From NCBI GenBank assembly GCA_016712345.1, contig JADJRH010000002.1:72466-136465 (forward strand): a DNA stretch of 64,000 nt, read 5' to 3'. The notes below the pieces were generated by a model. It did not search any database. It was given only the letters and a program-made list of their open reading frames with translations, and was not told where the DNA came from. The number at the start of each line of letters is the position of its first letter. Position 1 is the first letter of the stretch. This stretch comes from Polyangiaceae bacterium. Lineage in GTDB: Bacteria; Myxococcota_A; Polyangia; Polyangiales; Polyangiaceae. The translations under genes and the position numbers were made by a program. Below are positions 1 through 9,713 of this stretch, piece by piece.

Positions 1-645
1 CCGCCGCCGTTGCCGGCTTCATCGTCGGCGCCGTCGGTTCCCACGGCGGTGTCGCAGCCTCCCCCTGGGTACGCACCCGTGCCGGGTGCGCCTGGGGTAC
101 CTCCCGTGCCGGGTGCGCCTGGTGTACCTCCCGTTCCGGGTAGGCCCTATTATGCTCCAGCACCGGGCGTGCCGCCGCAGGTGGCTCCACCTTCCCAGTC
201 AGGTCCGGCGCCGATCTTACCGTGGGAGCCGGGCGCACCTGTTCCAGATGGGTATCGGCCTCAGAGTCGGCCAACAAGTGCACTTTTGGGGGTTGGAATT
301 GGTCTTTTGAGTGCGGGATGGGTGACCGCGGTGGTAACGGGCGGGGTGATGGTGGACGACGCAGATAAGAGCGGTGATCCCAATGCGCCGGCGGCGGGTA
401 CATTTGTACCCATGTTTTTCCCGGTAGCCGGGCCGTTTATTACCATGGCTGTGTGGAAACCGGGGCCGGCAGAAATGGGCCTTTTAATTACAGATGGTAT
501 TTTTCAGGTGGCGGGTGCCGCAGGGGTGTTGGCGGGGGCGTTAAAGCAAACCCATCGGCTTGTGTACGTGGGTCCGAGCGAGGCGACGCTTCGGGTAGAG
601 CCGGTGTTAGGTCTTGGTTACGTGGGCATTTCAGGGTCTTTTTGA
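1..645 (+). CDS. Proline-rich membrane protein, 5'-truncated at the window edge (frame open from base 1). Its C-terminal hydrophobic/Gly-rich module ends in ...GxF, like the next gene and like 3405..4460
   Basis: ORF 10..645 has the same frame open back to nt 1. It carries a PGAPGVPPV repeat (30-bp DNA repeat at about 80-150). The C-terminal TM-like segment is followed by a terminal 'GISGSF'. Confidence 0.45.
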   Translation, partial: PPPLPASSSAPSVPTAVSQPPPGYAPVPGAPGVPPVPGAPGVPPVPGRPYYAPAPGVPPQVAPPSQSGPAPILPWEPGAPVPDGYRPQSRPTSALLGVGIGLLSAGWVTAVVTGGVMVDDADKSGDPNAPAAGTFVPMFFPVAGPFITMAVWKPGPAEMGLLITDGIFQVAGAAGVLAGALKQTHRLVYVGPSEATLRVEPVLGLGYVGISGSF

Positions 646-659
646 GAGGAGCCTCGGCG

Positions 660-1487
660 ATGCGTTTCTTTGGAGCGATGGTGACCGCGGGGGTTCTCAT
701 GTGGGTAGGTGTTGCCCAGGCCGACGTTCCGGTGGAAAATCCAACCGGTGACGGCTGGAAGGTGGGTGTGGAAGTTACGGGGGCGAGTGTACACACAGGC
801 TCGGATGGTAAGGTTCAGGCGGACGTTGCCCATACGAGTGTACGCACAAGTTCGGATGGTAAGGTTCAGGCGGACGTTGCCCATACGAGTGTACGCACAA
901 GTTCGGATGGTAAGGTTGGAGTAGATCTTCCCTCAACAACGGTATGGCCTAGCGGAGAACCGGTAGACACGGCGGGTGTGGCGGATCTGAAGTTTCATCC
1001 GTATGGCGTGATGTCGGGCCCGGTGTCGTTCGGCGGTACTGAATTTGACTGGGCGAGCGTGAGGGGGAATGTGGCGTCGGTGGGGTTGGGGCCGCTTGCC
1101 ATTCAACCTCGACGTGGATTGTGGGGGTCAAGTTATGGGGGCGGGGCGATGAAGACGGTGGGTGTTGTGCTTGTGGCGCTGGGTGGGTTAACGTTGTTTG
1201 GGGCCGGAGTGAGTGCGATTGTGGCAGGGGTGGAGGCGGCCGATCTGAATGACGAGTGTCCCAACAAAGTGTGTGTGGAAGGTACGAGGGGTGCAAGGAG
1301 TTTGGAACGCGCTCGGGGGGCGGCGCTGGCGACGGACTGGTTGATTGGGATCGGAGGTCCGGTGGCGGCGTCGGGAACGGTGATGTTGATTTATGCGGCC
1401 GCGTTAAGTCGGATTGGTAAGTCGCCTTATACAGGTCCGGTAGTGTTTGCAGGGCCGACGGGCGGCGCGTTGCGATTCCAGTTCTAG
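660..1487 (+). CDS. Secreted or membrane protein with a signal peptide (MRFFGAMVTAGVLMWVGVAQA), 20-aa tandem repeats, and a conserved C-terminal TM + 'ECPNKVC' module paralogous to 3405..4460
   Basis: ATG at 660 sits in the frame of ORF 453..1487, with GAGAGGAG about 9 nt upstream. Signal-peptide-like N-terminus. The C-terminal 110 aa align with the C-terminus of the PEGA protein (CPNK[VL]C, then a Gly/Ala-rich helix, then a terminal GxF). Confidence 0.6.
   Translation: MRFFGAMVTAGVLMWVGVAQADVPVENPTGDGWKVGVEVTGASVHTGSDGKVQADVAHTSVRTSSDGKVQADVAHTSVRTSSDGKVGVDLPSTTVWPSGEPVDTAGVADLKFHPYGVMSGPVSFGGTEFDWASVRGNVASVGLGPLAIQPRRGLWGSSYGGGAMKTVGVVLVALGGLTLFGAGVSAIVAGVEAADLNDECPNKVCVEGTRGARSLERARGAALATDWLIGIGGPVAASGTVMLIYAAALSRIGKSPYTGPVVFAGPTGGALRFQF
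786..920 (+). repeat. About 60-bp tandem repeat (about 2.3 units) inside the CDS, encoding SDGKVQADVAHTSVRTS repeats
   Basis: The string ggatggtaaggttcaggcggacgttgcccatacgagtgtacgcacaagttc is directly repeated. The protein shows VHTGSDGKVQADVAHTSVRTSSDGKVQADVAHTSVRTSSDGKV. Confidence 0.8.
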
Positions 1488-1522
1488 GGCGCGGTATTGC
1501 GCAGTTTTCCAAGGAGCGCTCT

Positions 1523-3388
1523 ATGGTTCGCCAAAAGCTGAGCGGGGTAGGTTGGATGTTGTTGGCAACCCTTGCGTGGTCGTTGCAGGGATGTCAGGGG
1601 TGTCTCAACCTGGATGAGTACACAATTGTACCCACTGGGGGCGCGGGTGGAAGCACCGGCACGGGGGCTGGCGGTTCGGCGCCGGCATGCGTACCCATGG
1701 GGATGATTGTGGGGGCTGCCACAATGCCTGCGGAGGGGTCCAATCAGCAGGATGAATGTCCAATGTTGGAACCGGTGGAGGCGGGGTTGGAGGTGCGGGC
1801 AATTGACCCTGTAACAGACTTGTGCGTGGCGCGGGCGCGCGTTCAGGTTGGGTCCGGGGCAACGTTGGAGAGTTATCCTCAAATTCGGTCTGAAGCGGGG
1901 GCGACAACGGTGGTGGCCGGCACTTTTCGAGGGGGGAATCTAATCTTTCCAGTGAAGTGTGGTGCGGCGGAGGACGTTGTGTTGATGCCGGGGCCGTCGG
2001 CGGTAGAAAACGTGTTTGTGGCAAAGTTGGAGCGAGCGGGGGCGTCGTTTTGTACAAGTTGGGTGGAGTTGGCTTATTCTGCCGACGCGGGTGCAGTAGG
2101 TAAAATAAAGGTGTATTCTGCGGATATGAATGCTCTTGGTGAGGTTGCCATCGGCGGTGTTCTGTCGGGATCAAGTGTACACTTTGGTGAGGGGGTAGAT
2201 TTGGTGGGGGGTGGTTATTGGGCGAGGTATGGCGGGTCGGGCGGTCTGCTTGGGGCGAAGGCGGTTGGTAAGGACGCCGCTGACGCGGTGATGCAGGTCA
2301 GGTCGTTTTCTACAAAGTGGATGTTGGCGGGCGCGGTGACGAAGGAGCAGTCAGACTGCATTGGATGTGCGGGTGTTGTGCACGTGACTGAGCCGGCGGC
2401 CCAAAGTTGTGCGGGTGGTGGGGGAGCGGGTGGCGTTGGAGGGGCCGGCGGTATGGCAGGGGCGGGTGGTATGGCGGGGGCTGGTGGGATGATGACGGGA
2501 GGTGCCGGAGGGGTAGCCGGCGCGGGAAATGGGGGAGCGGCGGGCGGCGGCGGAATCGCCGGCGCGGGCGATTCACAAAATGCCTTGTTGATGGCTCAAA
2601 CGGCGGAGGGAGATTGCGATACGTTTGCAACGTTCGGTTCAGATCGGCTGGGCCCGCTGGATAGTCAGGCGGCAATGTCCCTCTCGGTATTGAATGACCC
2701 TGACGGATGTGAAATGGCATGGACAGGTTTGGCGGGTCGGGAGCCGTGGCGTTTGGACGGTGGGGCTTTGGGAACGGCTCTGTTTGACTTGGGTGGGGTG
2801 AGTAGAGACGGCTTTGCTGCGAAGACGAGTGGGCCGGGGGCGCTCTGTGCGGGCACTCCGGGGCCGGAGTGGAGTTTGCGAGTTGCGCCGGTATTTCCTG
2901 ATGCTTTTGTGTCCGGCGAACGGGTGACTTCTACCCTTTGCGGATTCAGGGACACGGTTGCGACGTTTGTGGCGCACAGTCCACCTTTGGGGAAGGTGGC
3001 AATGTATAGGTGTGAGGTTGGGCAGGATTGTGATTTAGAATCGACGCTCGTGGAGTTGCCAAGCGGGGGAGGAGAGCATCTGCTTGTTGTTGGGATGGAC
3101 GGGGGTGGGAAGCCTGACTGGTATGGTATGTTTTCACCATTGGCGGTGGATGGGGATGATAATGGTGGGTTGACTCCACGCAGAACCTATCACGATCTGA
3201 CGGTGGGAGCCGATGGAACGGTGTACGCGATTTTTACAACTTCCGGGATTGCGGCGGTTCAAAATCTGAACATGACCAACTCATGCAAGACGTTTGAGGC
3301 AAGTCCGGCGGCGGGCACGTATGTGGTGCGTTTGCGCCGCGGCGGAACCGACGCCTGGTGTGACTACGCGCACCGCATTGGGCCGTAG
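1523..3388 (+). CDS. Large secreted lipoprotein with a Gly-rich low-complexity linker (GGAGGVGGAGGMAGAGGMAGAGG); function unknown
   Basis: Lipobox-like N-terminus MVRQKLSGVGWMLLATLAWSLQGCQGC. Long ORF with coding-like GC3. No recognisable catalytic motif. Confidence 0.55.
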   Translation: MVRQKLSGVGWMLLATLAWSLQGCQGCLNLDEYTIVPTGGAGGSTGTGAGGSAPACVPMGMIVGAATMPAEGSNQQDECPMLEPVEAGLEVRAIDPVTDLCVARARVQVGSGATLESYPQIRSEAGATTVVAGTFRGGNLIFPVKCGAAEDVVLMPGPSAVENVFVAKLERAGASFCTSWVELAYSADAGAVGKIKVYSADMNALGEVAIGGVLSGSSVHFGEGVDLVGGGYWARYGGSGGLLGAKAVGKDAADAVMQVRSFSTKWMLAGAVTKEQSDCIGCAGVVHVTEPAAQSCAGGGGAGGVGGAGGMAGAGGMAGAGGMMTGGAGGVAGAGNGGAAGGGGIAGAGDSQNALLMAQTAEGDCDTFATFGSDRLGPLDSQAAMSLSVLNDPDGCEMAWTGLAGREPWRLDGGALGTALFDLGGVSRDGFAAKTSGPGALCAGTPGPEWSLRVAPVFPDAFVSGERVTSTLCGFRDTVATFVAHSPPLGKVAMYRCEVGQDCDLESTLVELPSGGGEHLLVVGMDGGGKPDWYGMFSPLAVDGDDNGGLTPRRTYHDLTVGADGTVYAIFTTSGIAAVQNLNMTNSCKTFEASPAAGTYVVRLRRGGTDAWCDYAHRIGP

Positions 3389-3404
3389 TAGACCATTGCG
3401 TGGG

Positions 3405-4460
3405 TTAGAATTTGCCGTGGATGCTGACGGAGGCGCCTTGGGGGGAGGCGAATGGGGAGATGGCCACAGAACGGAAGGTTTTGCCGCTCTTTTTGTCAGA
3501 GGGTGAACTGATAAAAAAGAGCACCACACCGGCGCCGGCGGCGGCAATTCCAACCGGGAGAGCGATGCTTGATACAAGGGCTTTGGTGCTTGCGTCATTG
3601 ATGACTTGGCGGCCTTGGGGAGTACACAACTTGTTGGGGCAGAGGGTAGAATCGTTTTGAGCGTTGCTCACGTCACCCGCGGCGAGGCCTCCCATGACTC
3701 CGCCGACTGCGACACCGGCCACGCCGACGCCCATGAGAACGTACGAGGTTGTTCGCAAGGTGTTGGAACCTTCGGTCGGTACGGTGGTAGGTGCAACGGT
3801 TGGAGTGGTTGTGACGGTGGGTAGGGCGGTTGCTGTCGGGGCGGCGTTTGCCGTGGCCGTGACAGTTGGAGTTGGTTCGGCCTTTTTGACGAGGGCCGGA
3901 ACGGCGGCTGTTTTGGAATCACCGTCGGGGCCAACGCGCACAGTGGCACTATAGGTTTCATACCCTGGGGCGCCGGCTTCAATGGTATGGTCGCCCGGGT
4001 CAACAAACATGGCTGTTCCGAGCATGGCGGCGCCCATTTCTACCCCGTCGCTTTTAACGACGAGGCCGGGAACGGCGGGGGCGGTGACGGTAAGCTTGGA
4101 GAGTTTTCCTTCGAGCGCTTTGGCGAGATCGCGTGCTCCCTGTTCGCGATCTTTTTGGCCGAGTTGAGCGGCGAGCACCGCGGCCGCTTTATACTCGGTC
4201 CAAGCGGAAGCGGTTTTACCGAGGGCTTCGTAACATCTACCCAAGTTGAGCAGCGTGCCGGGCGAAGGGTCGAGCTTTTGGCTTTCGGCAAACTTGGGGC
4301 ATGCTTCGGTGTACTTTTTTTCTGTCATGAGCTGCTTGGCCGCTTGAAAGAGCGATTCGGCAGCCAACTTGGCATTTTGGGCCGGGAGGCGGCCGGTATA
4401 GAAAACGCAGCTCGCGGCGACGACGGCAGCGGCAAACAGGCGGCGTTGTTTAGCGATCAT
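3405..4460 (-). CDS. TPR-like + PEGA-domain membrane protein with a Thr/Pro/Ala-rich linker and a C-terminal TM module; 3' partner of the Ser/Thr kinase
   Basis: Likely start MIAKQRRLFAAAVVAAS lies 5 nt after the kinase stop. TPR-like KKYTEACPKFAESQKLDPSPGTLLNLGRCYEALGK. PEGA-like VKSDGVEMGAAMLGTAMFVDPGDHTIEAGAPGYETYSATVRV. C-terminal LCPNKLC + TM. Confidence 0.65.
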   Translation of the reverse strand: MIAKQRRLFAAAVVAASCVFYTGRLPAQNAKLAAESLFQAAKQLMTEKKYTEACPKFAESQKLDPSPGTLLNLGRCYEALGKTASAWTEYKAAAVLAAQLGQKDREQGARDLAKALEGKLSKLTVTAPAVPGLVVKSDGVEMGAAMLGTAMFVDPGDHTIEAGAPGYETYSATVRVGPDGDSKTAAVPALVKKAEPTPTVTATANAAPTATALPTVTTTPTVAPTTVPTEGSNTLRTTSYVLMGVGVAGVAVGGVMGGLAAGDVSNAQNDSTLCPNKLCTPQGRQVINDASTKALVSSIALPVGIAAAGAGVVLFFISSPSDKKSGKTFRSVAISPFASPQGASVSIHGKF

Positions 4461-6066
4461 CGAAGATGCTCTTTCCAGGGGTGGGCTTGGGGGCGGCGGT
4501 GCTCTTGGGAGCGGTGGAGCCTGCAACTTTTGGTTTGGTGGAAGCGGCAGGGGTTGCAGAAGCTGTTTCGGTGGGTGCGGCAGCAGCGGAGGTTGCGGCG
4601 GATGGCTCTACCGAAACAACTGTCGCGGGACTGGCAGTAGGTGCGGCGGCGGTTTGCACCGCGGCCGCGGTTGACGCTGCGGCGGTGGGTTGTAGCGGTT
4701 GGGATGCGGTCTGTGCGCTTTCTGACTTGTTTGACAAGGCGAAGAAAGCCCCAGCCGCTCCACCGAGAACGAAGAGGGCCACGACCGCAATGAGGAGCGG
4801 TGTTTTACCGGATGACGTGGGTACAGCCGGGGTGGCAAGCACCATGTTGGGTGCGGTGGTGGGTAGGGTTTGGCCTGCCGGTGCGGGTGGGTAGGTTTGT
4901 GCAGAGGGTTGGGTAGGTGGAATGGCAGTGGAACCGGCGGCCGGAGGCACGGAAGGCGCTGTGGAAGCTGCGCGGGCGGGAGGCGGCGCTTCAAGCGCGA
5001 TGGTTCCACCGCGATGGGGAGCGGGCGCGGCATCAATGGCGATTGTTCCTCCAAGTCCAATGGGGGCTTGGGGAGGTGGGTTGCGGGGAGGTGCACCGGC
5101 GACGACAGTATCGAGGCCTGCTGCGCGTGCGATTCGGTCGATATTGGGTTGAGAGCGACTTGGGGCGAAGGGCGCAATGGCGAGAACAAAATCGGCAATG
5201 GTGGGGTAGCGAGCGCCACGATCGCGGGCGTACGCTTTTTCAAGCGCGAGAGCAAACGGTTCGGGTAGATCAGGGCGGGCGACGCGAAGTGGAGTGGGGC
5301 TGCCCGTTAATACTTCGGCGCATAGTTGGGGTAGGGTATCGGCATAAAAAGGTTGTTTGCCGGCGAGCAATTCATACAGGGAGATGCCGAGGGCGTAGAT
5401 GTCTGTCCGGTGATCAACCCCGCGGGTTTGCTGCATTTGTTCGGGCGACATGTAAAGTGCCGAACCCATGGCCGCCGTGGTTTTGGTAAGGTTGTCTGTG
5501 GACTCTTGCATTTTAGAAATGCCAAAGTCGAGGACTTTGACAAGGGAAGATCCGTCGTGACGCCGGGTGAGAAAAAGGTTGGCGGGTTTGATATCGCGAT
5601 GGATGATCCCTGCGGCGTGCGCTTCTGACAGGGCTTCTGCCGCTTGGATGACGTAGTCAATAGCGTCTTGGAGGGCGAGTACACCTTTGATGGTTAACTC
5701 TTTGGCGAGATCATGGCCTTCTAGGTACTCCATGACCATGTAGGGCGAGCCGTTTTCAAGCGTGCCGACGTCGCTTACGCGGGCGACATGTTCACTTTTT
5801 ATTTTGACTGCGGCTTTTCCCTCGCGGAGAAATCGCGCGGCGGCCTCGGGGTGTTGGGCAAACGTGGAGGTTAGAAATTTGAGGGCGACACGGTCGTCGA
5901 GGGCGATGTGTCGAGCCTCGACGACAACGCCCATTCCACCCTGTCCAATGACGCGGTCCACTCGGTATTTGCCGGCCAGGATGGTGCCGGGGGCAACGGG
6001 AGCGTCGTTGACGACGGCTGGGCCGGCGGAAGGAGGAGTGCCTGCGGGATGGGTAGATTGAGTCAT
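4450..6066 (-). CDS. Eukaryotic-like Ser/Thr protein kinase (Hanks type): N-terminal kinase domain, Pro/Ala-rich linker, TM segment and an Ala/Thr-rich tail
   Basis: GQGGMGVVVEARH glycine loop, VALKFL, HRDIKPANLF catalytic loop, DFGISK, MSPEQ activation segment. Confidence 0.9.
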   Translation of the reverse strand: MTQSTHPAGTPPSAGPAVVNDAPVAPGTILAGKYRVDRVIGQGGMGVVVEARHIALDDRVALKFLTSTFAQHPEAAARFLREGKAAVKIKSEHVARVSDVGTLENGSPYMVMEYLEGHDLAKELTIKGVLALQDAIDYVIQAAEALSEAHAAGIIHRDIKPANLFLTRRHDGSSLVKVLDFGISKMQESTDNLTKTTAAMGSALYMSPEQMQQTRGVDHRTDIYALGISLYELLAGKQPFYADTLPQLCAEVLTGSPTPLRVARPDLPEPFALALEKAYARDRGARYPTIADFVLAIAPFAPSRSQPNIDRIARAAGLDTVVAGAPPRNPPPQAPIGLGGTIAIDAAPAPHRGGTIALEAPPPARAASTAPSVPPAAGSTAIPPTQPSAQTYPPAPAGQTLPTTAPNMVLATPAVPTSSGKTPLLIAVVALFVLGGAAGAFFALSNKSESAQTASQPLQPTAAASTAAAVQTAAAPTASPATVVSVEPSAATSAAAAPTETASATPAASTKPKVAGSTAPKSTAAPKPTPGKSIFDDR

Positions 6067-6074
6067 TGCGATTT

Positions 6075-7979
6075 TTACCTGCCCAGCTTTGTGAGGAATA
6101 CGTCGAGGGATCCGACCGCTGTGATGCCGCCGCCGCCGAAGTCGGCCACGTCGCCGAAGGCGCCGCCGACAATGGTGAAGCCGGCTCCGTCAACGGCGAT
6201 GCCCGCGGGCGAGTCGCCCAGGGCGTGAGCCCATACGACGTTGCCATTCAGGTCGATTTGGGCAACGAACGAGCCGCCTTGGGGAGAGGCGGGATCGGGT
6301 AGACTGACTCCACTGCCGCCGAGGATAAACGATTTGTCGTAGTTCCCGGCGATCCACACGCCGTTTTTGTCGGCGGTGATGGTGGACAGTGTTTCACCCC
6401 CGGTTTCACCGTATTTGAAAGTCCACGCGATGTTGCCTGAAGAGTCAAGCTTGGTGACAAGGATGTCGCTCGTTCCGCTGGGAGTAAAGGTATCGGCTTC
6501 GAGCGAGGTGGGCCCGGTGAGAGTGGAGGCGACGTAGATGTTGTTGTTGAACGTTGTCAACTTGCTGGGTTGACTATCAAGTGTCCACCCTTTGGACCAA
6601 ACGGTTTGACCTGTGTCGTCGAGCCGGGCAAGGAAGGTGTTGGCTCCCGTGGGGAGTGGGCCTTTTCCGAGGTCAAGACCAACGGTGTCTGTGCGGCCGA
6701 GGACGTAGATTGCCGTATTGATAAAGTCGGCATCCATGGTGTTTGAGCCGGTGGCAGCTTCCGCACCGGAGCCACCCAAAACACGCGTCCAAACAACTTG
6801 GTTCTGATTGTCGTATTTGATGACAAATAGGTCATTTCCACCCACTTGGGTGAGTGGGAATGTGTTGGCCGGGCCGGCATACATGACGTTGCTGTTAAAC
6901 TCACCGGCGACAACATACCCGCCGCTCATCCAGCGAATGGTATGAGCCAACTGGTTATTTCCACCTCCGTAGTGGAGGCTGAAAAAGTGGTTGCCGTCGT
7001 TGTCGAATCGACCGATATACCCATCTTGGCCCTGGGCTTGGCCCAACATGCCGCCGCCGAGGTCAAGGTCGCCGAAAATGTAACTGCCGGCGATTAGAAT
7101 GCCCTGATTGCCATCCCAAGCAGCGGAGTTGACGGCTTCACCCCCTTCACCGCCAAACTGTTTGGCCCAACCAAAACTGCCGTCGGGGTTGAATACAGAC
7201 AGGTAGATATCTTCCCAGTTGGCTCCCTGGGAGTTCATTGTGCCGCCGCCGAGGTCGAGCGAGCCTTTAAAAGAGCCGGCAAAGGCGATTTGATTGGTGA
7301 ACGGTTTGGTGGCAACGGCGCTCCCAAATTCTAGACCGAAGCCGCCTTTGGCAACGGTCCACACCCAACAGTTTTTGCCGTTGCAATCTTCGTCGCTTGC
7401 CGACGAGCAGAATTCGTCGGCGGGTAAAACTTCACCGGGGCAGGTGGATGGGATGATTCCAGTGGCGGGGCAGAGCGTTGTGCCCGGCTTGCACTGTCCC
7501 ACATTTTGAGTGCCGACCGGGCCGGTATAACAGGTGATTGTGTCGTTGGGGTTGCAGCAACCCTCTTTTTCGTTGTTTAGGTTGTCGCAATCATCGTCTG
7601 CCGGGGTAAGGCAATCTTCTGCGGCGGCGGGGAGAACCTGGCCTTTGCAGAGGCCGTAGGCGGTGCCCTGGTCGTTACAGGTTTGTGTACCCTCTTGGCA
7701 AGCTCCGACGTTGGCTGTGCCTTGTGGGCCTTCGTAACAGGGAATGGACTCGCCGGGTGTACAAAACGACCCGCCGGTGCCGCCTGTTCCACCCGTGGCG
7801 CCGGTACCGCCCGTTCCGCCTGCTGCTCCGGTACCGCCTGTTCCACCGGTGGGAGTGCCGCCGGTGCCGCCTGTTGCGGGCGCATCTTTAAAGTCGTCGA
7901 TGCCGATAAGGATACCGCAGCCCGCGGTGGATAAACCGAGCGAAAGCAGCGCCGAAATAAGCCGAAACGTGCGGGGCAT
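6075..7979 (-). CDS. Lipoprotein with a Gly/Thr-rich linker, two Myxococcus-type cysteine-rich repeats and a C-terminal beta-propeller-like repeat domain
   Basis: Signal/lipobox MPRTFRLISALLSLGLSTAGCG (internal start of ORF 6075..8135). Repeats CTPGESIPCYEGPQGTANVGACQEGTQTCN and CCNPNDTITCYTGPVGTQNVGQCKPGTTLC. Repeated 'G..GG.G.D.G..v..d..Gn' blocks. Ends 9 nt upstream of the kinase start. Confidence 0.65.
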   Translation of the reverse strand: MPRTFRLISALLSLGLSTAGCGILIGIDDFKDAPATGGTGGTPTGGTGGTGAAGGTGGTGATGGTGGTGGSFCTPGESIPCYEGPQGTANVGACQEGTQTCNDQGTAYGLCKGQVLPAAAEDCLTPADDDCDNLNNEKEGCCNPNDTITCYTGPVGTQNVGQCKPGTTLCPATGIIPSTCPGEVLPADEFCSSASDEDCNGKNCWVWTVAKGGFGLEFGSAVATKPFTNQIAFAGSFKGSLDLGGGTMNSQGANWEDIYLSVFNPDGSFGWAKQFGGEGGEAVNSAAWDGNQGILIAGSYIFGDLDLGGGMLGQAQGQDGYIGRFDNDGNHFFSLHYGGGNNQLAHTIRWMSGGYVVAGEFNSNVMYAGPANTFPLTQVGGNDLFVIKYDNQNQVVWTRVLGGSGAEAATGSNTMDADFINTAIYVLGRTDTVGLDLGKGPLPTGANTFLARLDDTGQTVWSKGWTLDSQPSKLTTFNNNIYVASTLTGPTSLEADTFTPSGTSDILVTKLDSSGNIAWTFKYGETGGETLSTITADKNGVWIAGNYDKSFILGGSGVSLPDPASPQGGSFVAQIDLNGNVVWAHALGDSPAGIAVDGAGFTIVGGAFGDVADFGGGGITAVGSLDVFLTKLGR

Positions 7980-8105
7980 GGCAAGTCCTTGCATGGTGCG
8001 CAGAACGGCGCGCACGGCGGAATAATGGCCGAAATTGGTCCGGTATCGCAAGAGTTGTTTGCGGAAGACTTTCCGGGAGGGTGCGCTTGCGTTTACCCTG
8101 GCGGA

Positions 8106-9713
8106 ATGCCGACGGACGCGGATCCTAAGAAACACGGTCTGAAAAGCGAAGTGGTGTACGCCGCTCCGGGTGTGGAGGGTGCTCCGAAACCCGCGGAATC
8201 GAACGAACCATTGGGAGTTCGGGAGGAGAACGGAATTTACGAGGTGACGGCGGAGATCGTGTCACCCTACAACAATCACGATTTGGCTCCGGCGCGCATT
8301 CGCGATCGCAAGTGGGCGATGAAAGACATTGCGGCGCTGTGGATCAGCATGTCCGCATGTGTACCCACGTACATGTTGGCTTCGTCGCTGATTGCGGAGG
8401 GGATGAATTGGTGGCAGGCGGTGCTGACGATTTTTTTGGGCAACGTGGTGGTGCTGCTCCCCATGGTGCTCAATGCCCACGCCGGGACGAAATACGGCAT
8501 TCCCTTTCCAGTGTATTGCCGGCCGTCGTTTGGAATGTTGGGGGCGAATGTGCCGGCGCTGCTTCGGGCACTGGTTGCGTGTGGTTGGTTTGGAATTCAA
8601 GCGTGGATTGGCGGCTGGGCGATTTATAAAATTCTGGCTGTGTACATTCCGAGTTGGGAGAAGGTGCCCAATTTGGCAATTGGTATTAATACTCCCCAAC
8701 TGTTTTGTTTCTTGCTGTTTTGGGGGGTGAATATGCTGGTTATCTATAAAGGCATTGAGTCGATTCGACTTCTTCTCAATGTGAAGGCGCCGCTGCTTAT
8801 TGCGCTCGGTTTGGCGCTTTTGACGTGGGCTTACCAAAAAGCGGGCGGCTTTGGAACGATGTTGCATACGCCGTCGGCGTTTGACCCGGGACAGCCGAAA
8901 CACGGGCAGTTTTGGACGTTTTTCTTTCCCGCGTTGACCGGTATGGTGGGTTTTTGGGCAACGCTGTCGCTGAACATTCCCGACTTTACCCGGTATGCGT
9001 TTTCGCAAAAAGATCAGGTCATGGGGCAGGCGTTGGGTCTACCCACAACCATGGGTCTGTTTTCGTTTATCGGTGTAGCGGTAACGGCGGCGACGGTGGT
9101 GATTTATGGGGAGACGATTTGGGATCCGGTGGTGCTCATTACCAAGTTTAGACACCCCGCGGTGTTGGTGTTTGCACTTGCCGCGCTTGTGATCGCGACG
9201 CTGGCAACAAATATCGCAGCGAACGTGGTGAGCCCGGCAAACGACTTTGCAAACTTATGGCCGTCGAAAATAACGTTTCGGCGGGGTGGGTATATCACAG
9301 GGGTGATTGGAATTATCATTCAACCTTGGAAGCTTGTGGCCGACCCGACGGGGTACATTTTTACTTGGCTCGTGGGCTATTCTGCGTTACTCGGGTCCAT
9401 CGGCGGGGTGTTGATTTGTGACTATTTCTTAATTCGGAAGACCAAGTTGGACTTGGTTAAGTTGTATCAAAAAGACGGGCCTTATTGGTATAGCGGTGGG
9501 TGGAATTTTAAGGCACTGATTGCGTTGGTGCTTGGGATTGTGCCCAATTTGCCGGGATTTTTGGGAACAATTAAGGTAGCGAAGGTGCCGCAGTTCTGGA
9601 TGACTTTGTACAACTACGCTTGGTTTGTGGGGTTTGGTATTTCGTTCGCTGTGTACGCAGCGCTGTCGTGGGATGAGCGGAAGAAGGTTCAATCGGAAGC
9701 GGTTTCTACCTGA
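8106..9713 (+). CDS. NCS1 family nucleobase:cation symporter (cytosine/uracil/allantoin/hydantoin permease-like). The start is uncertain (candidates 7989, 8106, or GTG at 8241)
   Basis: Conserved NCS1 N-terminal motif NHDLAPARIRDRKWAMKDIAALWISMS followed by about 12 TM helices. A GGGAGGAG RBS precedes an in-frame GTG at 8241. Confidence 0.75.
   Translation: MPTDADPKKHGLKSEVVYAAPGVEGAPKPAESNEPLGVREENGIYEVTAEIVSPYNNHDLAPARIRDRKWAMKDIAALWISMSACVPTYMLASSLIAEGMNWWQAVLTIFLGNVVVLLPMVLNAHAGTKYGIPFPVYCRPSFGMLGANVPALLRALVACGWFGIQAWIGGWAIYKILAVYIPSWEKVPNLAIGINTPQLFCFLLFWGVNMLVIYKGIESIRLLLNVKAPLLIALGLALLTWAYQKAGGFGTMLHTPSAFDPGQPKHGQFWTFFFPALTGMVGFWATLSLNIPDFTRYAFSQKDQVMGQALGLPTTMGLFSFIGVAVTAATVVIYGETIWDPVVLITKFRHPAVLVFALAALVIATLATNIAANVVSPANDFANLWPSKITFRRGGYITGVIGIIIQPWKLVADPTGYIFTWLVGYSALLGSIGGVLICDYFLIRKTKLDLVKLYQKDGPYWYSGGWNFKALIALVLGIVPNLPGFLGTIKVAKVPQFWMTLYNYAWFVGFGISFAVYAALSWDERKKVQSEAVST

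Noticed and set aside
2400-2580. GGxGG-type nucleotide repeats (ggcggtatggcaggggcgggtggtatggcggggg...) that might be mistaken for a non-coding satellite or CRISPR-like array
   Set aside because: The units are in frame inside a long signal-peptide-bearing ORF and encode a Gly/Ala/Met low-complexity linker. There are no spacer-repeat alternation and no cas genes anywhere in the window.
261-3179. Numerous antisense and overlapping ORFs in the track (for example 949..1512-, 1605..2174-, 2310..2720-, 2639..2977-) with Pro/Arg/Ser-rich translations
   Set aside because: These are typical shadow ORFs of a high-GC genome: low-complexity P/R/S/A-rich products with no motifs, fully contained within longer ORFs that have signal peptides or recognisable domains on the other strand.
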